Under the pieces are notes generated by a model. It was not told the DNA's origin. It saw nothing but the letters and a program-made list of their open reading frames with translations, and made no database searches. This document shows, in pieces, positions 58,019 to 64,000 of a DNA stretch of 64,000 bases. The DNA comes from Roseomonas sp. Its GTDB lineage: Bacteria > Pseudomonadota > Alphaproteobacteria > Acetobacterales > Acetobacteraceae. The stretch lies in assembly GCA_020249925.1 (NCBI GenBank), contig JADCER010000001.1:81953-145952 (forward strand), read 5' to 3'. Within the stretch, counting starts at the first letter, position 1; the number at the start of each line of letters is the position of its first letter. The translations under genes and the position numbers were made by a program.

Positions 58019-58527
58019 ACCTGATCATCCCCGGCACCGTCACCATCCCGGTTGGCGTGGTGGTGGAACGCCGCCCCGGTGTCACGCCCTGGGCGGATTG
58101 GGCCTGGCGCGCGGTGGAAGTTTTGGAAGATGCGCCCGCTTTGCCCGCCTGGACGCTGATGCGCGAAGAAGCCGGGCGCAGCCTGTTCTTTGCGGGCAAT
58201 GCCGAAGTGGCCTTGCACCCAACCGATACGGATAATTACAAGCACAATCTGGAGAGCTCCAACCCCAGCATCTGGGTGGTGCTGCGCCCGGTCGAGACCG
58301 CGCCGGGCTTTGCCCTACAACGCGTGACGGTGGATGCCGGGGAAGCGCATCTCTATGCCGATTCAGGGTCTGACCTGATGGAGGCCGTGCCGCTACCCCC
58401 CGGCATTCGCGCCGCGCTGGAAGCCTTTGTGGCGGAACATCACCGCGACCGCGGCTTTCATAAGCGCAAGCGCGACAAGGCGGAACTTGATGGGCTTGGC
58501 CGGCGCAGCCGGGTGGATGGCCCATGA
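58015..58527 (+). CDS. DUF3305-like protein
   Basis: MNLIIPGTVTIPVGVVVERRPGVTPWADWAWR... Family recalled from memory as FDH-linked. The ATG at 58015 overlaps the upstream stop. Confidence 0.6.
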   Translation: MNLIIPGTVTIPVGVVVERRPGVTPWADWAWRAVEVLEDAPALPAWTLMREEAGRSLFFAGNAEVALHPTDTDNYKHNLESSNPSIWVVLRPVETAPGFALQRVTVDAGEAHLYADSGSDLMEAVPLPPGIRAALEAFVAEHHRDRGFHKRKRDKAELDGLGRRSRVDGP

Positions 58528-59126
58528 GCGAGGAGAATGAGGGCTTCCTCTCCCGCTGGTCGCGCCGCAAGCGCGCCGTGCTGGAAGGCCGCGCGCCCGA
58601 GGAAGCGGCGCCGCCCGCCCCGCTTGAGGCGACGCCCGAGGCGCTGCCGCCCGCCGAGCCCGAGGATGATTTTGACCCGGCCAGCCTGCCGCCAATCGAA
58701 AGCCTGACCCTGGAGAGCGACTTCAAGGCCTTTTTGCACCGCAAGGTGCCCTTGGAACTGCGCTCCGCCGCGCTTCGCCGTGCCTGGAGCCTTGACCCCT
58801 CCATCCGGGATTTCATTGGCCCGGCGGATTACGCCTGGGATTACAATGCGCCGGATGGCGTGCCGGGCTTTGCGCTGGAACTGGGCGGGGATGCGATGAA
58901 GCTGCTGTCGCATGCGCTTGGCCTCGATGCCCCGGCCCCTAAGCCCGATTCGGCCGAGCCTGAGGCAACCCCGGCGGAGCCCGCTGCCCTGGCTGAGGCC
59001 CCGCCAATTGAGGCAGTGCCCGAACCCCCTGGGCCCACCATTGCCGAGGCCATGCCTGAGCCAGAGGCAGCGCCGGAGCCCCTGGCGCCGCGCCCCCGCC
59101 GCCATGGCAGCGCCCTGCCAGTGTAA
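58524..59126 (+). CDS. DUF3306-like protein
   Basis: The N-terminus EGFLSRWSRRKR is the characteristic start of this family, from memory. An acidic/Pro-rich C-terminus follows. Confidence 0.6.
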   Translation: MSEENEGFLSRWSRRKRAVLEGRAPEEAAPPAPLEATPEALPPAEPEDDFDPASLPPIESLTLESDFKAFLHRKVPLELRSAALRRAWSLDPSIRDFIGPADYAWDYNAPDGVPGFALELGGDAMKLLSHALGLDAPAPKPDSAEPEATPAEPAALAEAPPIEAVPEPPGPTIAEAMPEPEAAPEPLAPRPRRHGSALPV

Positions 59127-59340
59127 GCTTTTCTAGACAGAAATACTGTCAATGTCAGGCCATGTAACTCGCCTATTGCATTTTGATACGCAATTTGAGT
59201 ACAAGACTCGGAAATTCGAGATGGCATTTTTCCTTTGTATAACTGGAATGATATCGGTTCGTCACCGTCCTGTCATTTCACTGAACGGGAATCAAGGCCA
59301 CGCCGGGTTATAATTTAGACGTGAGGAGGTAACGGCCGGA

Positions 59341-59943
59341 ATGCGGCCCATGACGCAGCAAGATCAGGCACAAGATGCCATGGCCACCGAAAGGGCGCGG
59401 CTTTTCGCGCTGCTCGGTCGTTTGCTCGTCGCCGCCCCGGACGCCCATCTGCTCGCTGCGCTGGCCGCCCTGCCGGGCGATGCCTCCCCGCTTGGGAAAT
59501 GCTACCGCGCGCTGGCCGAAGCCGCCGCCACCACCGATGCCGTGCGGGTAGAGCGCGAATTCCACGATCTTTTCATCGGGCTTGGCCGCGGCGAATTGCT
59601 GCCCTTCGCTTCCTATTACATCACGGGCTTTTTGCATGAACGCCCGCTTGCGGATTTGCGCGGGGACCTCGCGCGGCTTGGCATTGAACGCGCCGAAGGT
59701 GTTGCCGAGCCCGAGGATCACATCGCATCCGAATGCGAAAGCTTTGCCGGGCTGCTTTCAGGCGTGTTTCCAGGTGGTGCCGCGGCGGCCGAGGCGTTTT
59801 TCGCCCGCCATCTCCGCCCCTGGGCGGGGCGCTTCTTTGCGGATCTGGAAGCGGCGGAGGCCGCAAGCTTTTACCGCGCCGTTGGCGCACTTGGCCGCAT
59901 GGCCATTGAGGTTGAATTGGCGGCGCAGGAACTGCCCGTCTGA
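59341..59943 (+). CDS. TorD/DmsD-family redox-enzyme maturation chaperone
   Basis: About 200 aa, with AGGAGG 10 nt upstream. The pattern ...EFHDLFIGLGRGELLPFASYY...PEDHI..E is typical of TorD-like chaperones. Confidence 0.7.
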   Translation: MRPMTQQDQAQDAMATERARLFALLGRLLVAAPDAHLLAALAALPGDASPLGKCYRALAEAAATTDAVRVEREFHDLFIGLGRGELLPFASYYITGFLHERPLADLRGDLARLGIERAEGVAEPEDHIASECESFAGLLSGVFPGGAAAAEAFFARHLRPWAGRFFADLEAAEAASFYRAVGALGRMAIEVELAAQELPV

Positions 59944-59967
59944 TGTTTTTTGCTGGGAGGGTTGAAC

Positions 59968-60207
59968 ATGAGTGCTGATGACCAACAAGTGGCGCAACGC
60001 CGCGGCTTTTTGAAAACCCTGGGCCTTGCTGCCGGTGGCGCAGTGGCAGCGACAGCGGCTGAGGCCTCAGCGCCGCTCCGCGCCGATGCCGTGCCTGCCG
60101 GCACCGCGCGCAAGGAAAACCAGGCGGATCGCCAGCGCGCGCGCTACCAGGCCAATAGCCCGCATGTGCAGGCCTTCTACCGCACCAATCGTTCCAGCGA
60201 TACATAA
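59968..60207 (+). CDS. Small twin-arginine-signal protein (formate dehydrogenase region TAT target)
   Basis: MSADDQQVAQRRGFLKTLGLAAGGAVAATA..., 79 aa, immediately upstream of the FDH alpha gene. Confidence 0.65.
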   Translation: MSADDQQVAQRRGFLKTLGLAAGGAVAATAAEASAPLRADAVPAGTARKENQADRQRARYQANSPHVQAFYRTNRSSDT

Positions 60208-60221
60208 GAAGGGAAGCACCC

Positions 60222-63149
60222 ATGTTGATCAAACGCACTGATGGCAAGGCCGCGAAGCAGCGCCTTGCTTCCGCCTATCAGGGGCTTTCCGCCGGCGGGC
60301 TCGATCGTCGCGCCTTTTTGCGTCAGGCCGGGCTTGGCGGGGCGGGGCTGGCGGCGCTTGGCGCCATTCCGCTTTCCACCATGCGTCCCGCCGAAGCGGG
60401 GCCGATGGATCATTCAAAGCCCGTGCAGCGCGTGAAGAATATCTGCACGCATTGTTCGGTCGGCTGCACCGTGATTGCCGAAGTGCAGAATGGCGTTTGG
60501 GTCGGGCAGGAACCGGCTTGGGAATCGCCGATCAATCGCGGCACGCATTGCGCCAAGGGCGCTTCGGTGCGCGAATTGGTCCATGGTGACCGGCGCATCA
60601 AATATCCGATGAAGCTGGTGAACGGCCAATGGCAGCGCATGTCCTGGGACAATGCGATGACCGAAATTGCCGACAAGCTGATGGAAACCCGTCAGAAAAG
60701 CGGGCCGGATGCCACCTTCTGGCTGGGCAGCGCGAAATTCTCCAATGAAGGTGCTTATCTGTATCGCAAATTCGCGGCCTTCTGGGGCACGAATAACGTG
60801 GACCACCAGGCGCGCATTTGTCATTCGACGACGGTGGCCGGTGTTGCCAATACCTGGGGTTATGGCGCGCAAACCAATTCCTATAATGACATCCGCAACG
60901 CCAAGACCATGATCATCATGGGCGGCAATCCGGCGGAAGCGCACCCGGTCAGCCTGCAGCATGTTCTTGCCGGCAAGGAACAGAACCGCGCCAATCTGAT
61001 CGTGATTGACCCGCGCTTCACGCGCACGGCCGCGCATGCCAGCGAATATGTGCGCATCCGTCCGGGTACCGATATTCCGGTGATGTGGGGCATGCTGCAC
61101 CACATCTTCGCCAATGGCTGGGAAGACAAGGAATTCATCCGCCAGCGCGTGCATGGCATGGATGAAATCCGCGCCGAGGTCGCGAAATGGACGCCGGCCG
61201 AAGTCGAGCGTGTTTCCGGCGTGCCGGGCGCGCAGCTCCGCAAGGTTGCGGAAATGTTCGCGACACAAAAGCCTGCGACGCTGATCTGGTGCATGGGGGC
61301 CACGCAAAAGACCGTGGGCACCGCCAATGTGCGCGCCTTCTCCATCCTGCTGCTCGCGACCGGCAATGTCGGTTCCGAAGGCACGGGGGCGAATATCTTC
61401 CGCGGCCATTGCAATGTGCAGGGGGCGACTGATTTCGGCCTCGATGTCACGACGCTGCCGGCCTATTATGGCTTGGACGAAAACGCCTGGCGGCATTGGT
61501 CGCGCGTTTGGAATGTGCCCTATGAATCCATGGTCGCGCGGTTTGACAGCCCGGCCCTGATGGGCACGCCCGGCATCCCGACCACGCGGTATTTCGATGC
61601 CGTGACGCTGCCCAAGGATCAGGTGCAGCAGCGCGATAATTTCAAGGCCATGCTGGTGTTCGGCCATGGCGGCAATACCGTCACGCGCATGCCGGAAGCG
61701 GTTAAGGGGCTTGAGGCGCTTGACCTGCTGGTGGTGGCGGACCCGCATCCGACCACCTTCGCGGTCCTCGCGAACCGCAGGGAAAACACCTACCTGCTGC
61801 CGATCTGCACGCAGTTTGAATGCGCGGGCAGCCGCACGGCGTCCAACCGTTCCGTCCAATGGGGCGATCAGGTGGTGAAGCCGATTTTTGAGAGCAAGAA
61901 TGATTATGAGGTGATGTATCGCCTTGCCGGTGCTCTCGATAAGGCCGCCGAGAAGCGCAATATGCCGATCCGCTTCCAGGCTGACCTGTTCAAAGGCATT
62001 GAGGTGAAGGGTCAGGAGCCGGTTGCCGAGAGCATCCTGCGCGAAATCAACCGCGGCGCGATCAGCACGGGCTATACGGGCCAATCGCCGGAACGGCTCA
62101 AGGCGCATATGGCGCATCAGGACAAGTTCGACCTGGTGACGCTGCGCGCCAAGGCGGATGCGCCTGCCGAAATCAAGGGCGATTTCTATGGCCTGCCCTG
62201 GCCCTGCTGGGGCACGCCGGAAATGCGCCATCCGGGCACGCATATCCTCTACAATACCAACCTTCATGTGAAGGAAGGCGGCGGCACTTTCCGTGCGCGC
62301 TTCGGTGTGGAGCGCAATGGCGTGACGCTGCTGGCGGAGGGGTCCTATTCCAAGGGCTCGGAAATCACCGATGGCTATCCGGAATTCACCACCGCGGTGA
62401 TGCAGCGCCTGGGTTGGGATAAGGAATTCACCGAAGCCGAACGCGCTTCCTTGGCGCGCCAGGGTGGCACCGCTTCCTGGGCGACGGATCTGTCCATGGG
62501 GATCATTCGCATCACCATGGAACATGGCGTGGTGGCTTACGGCAACGCAAAAGCGCGCGCGGTGGCCTGGAACCTGCCTGATCCGGTGCCGGTGCATCGC
62601 GAACCAATCTACACGCCGCGCACCGATCTGATCGCGCAATATCCGACGCTGCCTGATCGGCGCGGCTTCCGCCTGCCGCATCTGGGGCAGACGGTGCAGA
62701 ACCGTTCGCATCAGGTGGCACCGAATTTCCCGATCATCCTGTCTTCCGGTCGTCTGGTTGAATATGAAGGCGGCGGGGAAGAAACGCGGTCGAACAAGTG
62801 GCTCGCGGAATTGCAGCAGGATATGTTTGTGGAAATCAATCCGCGCGATGCCGCCGCACGCAATATCCAGGATGGTGCCTGGGTGCTGGTCTCCGGCCCG
62901 GAAATGCCGGCCGGCAAGGCAACCCGCATGAAGGCTTTGGTGACGGAGCGCGTCGGGCCCGGTGTGGCCTGGATGCCCTTCCACTTCGCCGGCTGGTTCA
63001 TGCAGGAAGACCAAAGGCGCAAATACCCAACCGGCACGGACCCGATCGTGCTTGGCGAAAGCGTGAATGCAGTAACCACCTATGGCTATGACCCGGTGAC
63101 CTTCATGCAGGAAACCAAGGTCACGCTTTGTCAAATCCGCGCGGCATAA
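60222..63149 (+). CDS. Formate dehydrogenase alpha subunit (molybdopterin, Tat-exported, Cys-type)
   Basis: Tat signal LDRRAFLRQAGLGGAG and a 4Fe-4S motif CTHCSVGCT. The active-site region is QARICHSTTVAG, with Cys where Sec-type enzymes have U. The 975-aa ORF is uninterrupted. Confidence 0.95.
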   Translation: MLIKRTDGKAAKQRLASAYQGLSAGGLDRRAFLRQAGLGGAGLAALGAIPLSTMRPAEAGPMDHSKPVQRVKNICTHCSVGCTVIAEVQNGVWVGQEPAWESPINRGTHCAKGASVRELVHGDRRIKYPMKLVNGQWQRMSWDNAMTEIADKLMETRQKSGPDATFWLGSAKFSNEGAYLYRKFAAFWGTNNVDHQARICHSTTVAGVANTWGYGAQTNSYNDIRNAKTMIIMGGNPAEAHPVSLQHVLAGKEQNRANLIVIDPRFTRTAAHASEYVRIRPGTDIPVMWGMLHHIFANGWEDKEFIRQRVHGMDEIRAEVAKWTPAEVERVSGVPGAQLRKVAEMFATQKPATLIWCMGATQKTVGTANVRAFSILLLATGNVGSEGTGANIFRGHCNVQGATDFGLDVTTLPAYYGLDENAWRHWSRVWNVPYESMVARFDSPALMGTPGIPTTRYFDAVTLPKDQVQQRDNFKAMLVFGHGGNTVTRMPEAVKGLEALDLLVVADPHPTTFAVLANRRENTYLLPICTQFECAGSRTASNRSVQWGDQVVKPIFESKNDYEVMYRLAGALDKAAEKRNMPIRFQADLFKGIEVKGQEPVAESILREINRGAISTGYTGQSPERLKAHMAHQDKFDLVTLRAKADAPAEIKGDFYGLPWPCWGTPEMRHPGTHILYNTNLHVKEGGGTFRARFGVERNGVTLLAEGSYSKGSEITDGYPEFTTAVMQRLGWDKEFTEAERASLARQGGTASWATDLSMGIIRITMEHGVVAYGNAKARAVAWNLPDPVPVHREPIYTPRTDLIAQYPTLPDRRGFRLPHLGQTVQNRSHQVAPNFPIILSSGRLVEYEGGGEETRSNKWLAELQQDMFVEINPRDAAARNIQDGAWVLVSGPEMPAGKATRMKALVTERVGPGVAWMPFHFAGWFMQEDQRRKYPTGTDPIVLGESVNAVTTYGYDPVTFMQETKVTLCQIRAA

Positions 63150-63164
63150 AGGGGGGCAAGAACA

Positions 63165-63761
63165 ATGGCTCGTATGAAATTCCTGTTGGACGCGGAACGC
63201 TGCATCGAATGCAATGCCTGCGTCACGGCCTGCAAAAACGAACATGAAGTGCCCTGGGGCATCAATCGCCGGCGCGTCGTCACCATCAATGACGGCAAGC
63301 CGGGCGAGCGTTCCATTTCCATGGCTTGCATGCAATGCACGGATGCGCCCTGCGCCGCCGTCTGCCCGGTTTCCTGTTTTTACACCACCGCCGATCAGGT
63401 GGTGCTGCATGACAAGGACCTTTGCATCGGCTGCGGCTATTGCTTCTACGCATGCCCCTTCGGCGCACCGCAATTTCCGCGCCTTGGCAATTTCGGCTCT
63501 CGCGGGAAAATGGATAAGTGCACCTTCTGCGCCGGCGGCCCGCAGGCCGACAATACCCAGGCGGAATATATCCAGTACGGGTCGAACCGTCTGGCGGAAG
63601 GCAAGCTGCCGCTTTGCGCCGAAATGTGCTCGACCAAGGCGCTGCTCGCCGGTGATGGGCAGATCATTGCGTCGATCTATCGGGAGCGTGTGCAGCGCCG
63701 CGGCTATGGCACGGGCGCCTGGGGCTGGCGCACTGCCTATCGCGAAACCGTTGCGATCTGA
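63165..63761 (+). CDS. Formate dehydrogenase iron-sulfur (beta) subunit
   Basis: CIECNACVTACKNEH, CMQCTDAPCAAVCP and CIGCGYCFYACPFGAP ferredoxin motifs. Confidence 0.9.
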   Translation: MARMKFLLDAERCIECNACVTACKNEHEVPWGINRRRVVTINDGKPGERSISMACMQCTDAPCAAVCPVSCFYTTADQVVLHDKDLCIGCGYCFYACPFGAPQFPRLGNFGSRGKMDKCTFCAGGPQADNTQAEYIQYGSNRLAEGKLPLCAEMCSTKALLAGDGQIIASIYRERVQRRGYGTGAWGWRTAYRETVAI

Positions 63762-63776
63762 AGGGCGGGCTGAACC

Positions 63777-64000
63777 ATGAAGCTCCGCATCCTTGCCCTG
63801 CTTGCCGCGCTGCTGATGGGCGCGGCGGCACCCGTATTGGCGCAAACCGCGCCGCGCGCGCCTTCCATGGCGGAAGAAATGGAAGTGCAGGCGCTGCTGC
63901 GCGGCAGCCAGATTCAGGGCCGCATCACCATTCCGGATGATCGGGCCGCGACGCTTATTCAGCCTGTTGGGCGCGAATGGCGTGATTTCCATAACTATAC
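63777..64000 (+). CDS. Formate dehydrogenase gamma subunit (N-terminal part; continues beyond window)
   Basis: My own translation from the ATG at 63777 is MKLRILALLAALLMGAAAPVLAQTAP... The call rests mainly on its position after the alpha/beta genes. Confidence 0.6.
   Translation, partial: MKLRILALLAALLMGAAAPVLAQTAPRAPSMAEEMEVQALLRGSQIQGRITIPDDRAATLIQPVGREWRDFHNY

Noticed and set aside
60222-63149. Possible selenocysteine (in-frame TGA plus SECIS) in FDH alpha
   Set aside because: The ORF is uninterrupted and the active-site position reads Cys (ARICHSTTVAG). There is no TGA to recode.
60414-63992. 1192-aa minus-strand ORF, the longest in the window
   Set aside because: It lies exactly antisense to the well-supported FDH alpha/beta/gamma genes. 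It is Arg/Ala/Gly/His-rich with no recognisable motifs, which is typical of a GC-rich shadow ORF.

Overview
High-GC chromosomal window, probably from an alphaproteobacterium (Rhodospirillales/Acetobacteraceae-like; this is inferred from gene content only). It is mostly housekeeping and catabolic genes. These include a DegT aminotransferase and SDR epimerase, ridA and a K+ channel, gntK-gnd, motB-motA, xthA, erpA, dgt, argS-SPOR-nagZ, sodB, yajC, two lytic transglycosylases, Prx/GST, three tRNA-Ser genes, Bug/TctC binding proteins, an LLM monooxygenase/AtuA cluster, proB-obg-rpmA-rplU, fdhD-mobA, and a Tat-exported Cys-type formate dehydrogenase operon with a conserved block of uncharacterised accessory genes. 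The stand-out is one ~1035-aa gene (23302-26409, minus strand). It looks lower in GC than its housekeeping neighbours and encodes 11 internalin-like 22-residue LRRs, a Roc GTPase, a COR domain and a C-terminal TIR domain with the WCxxE-type glutamate. This is a ROCO-TIR architecture, and I propose it as a candidate single-protein anti-phage/abortive-infection sensor. Other points of interest follow. Two ~268-bp direct repeats each carry an intact 59-aa ORF whose divergence is mostly synonymous; they bracket a 4.2-kb TetR/hydrolase-pseudogene/nitroreductase/MarR block. A tandem 103-bp structured repeat shows a compensatory stem change. An alpha/beta hydrolase is frameshifted. xthA has a conserved N-terminus that lies upstream of any canonical start codon. 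A Tat-signal protein carries four DADPGD-x-GRG repeats. An AT-rich island sits upstream of an orphan ORF. No CRISPR array, transposase, integrase or rRNA was seen. All calls come from reading the sequence and ORF translations; no database search was possible.
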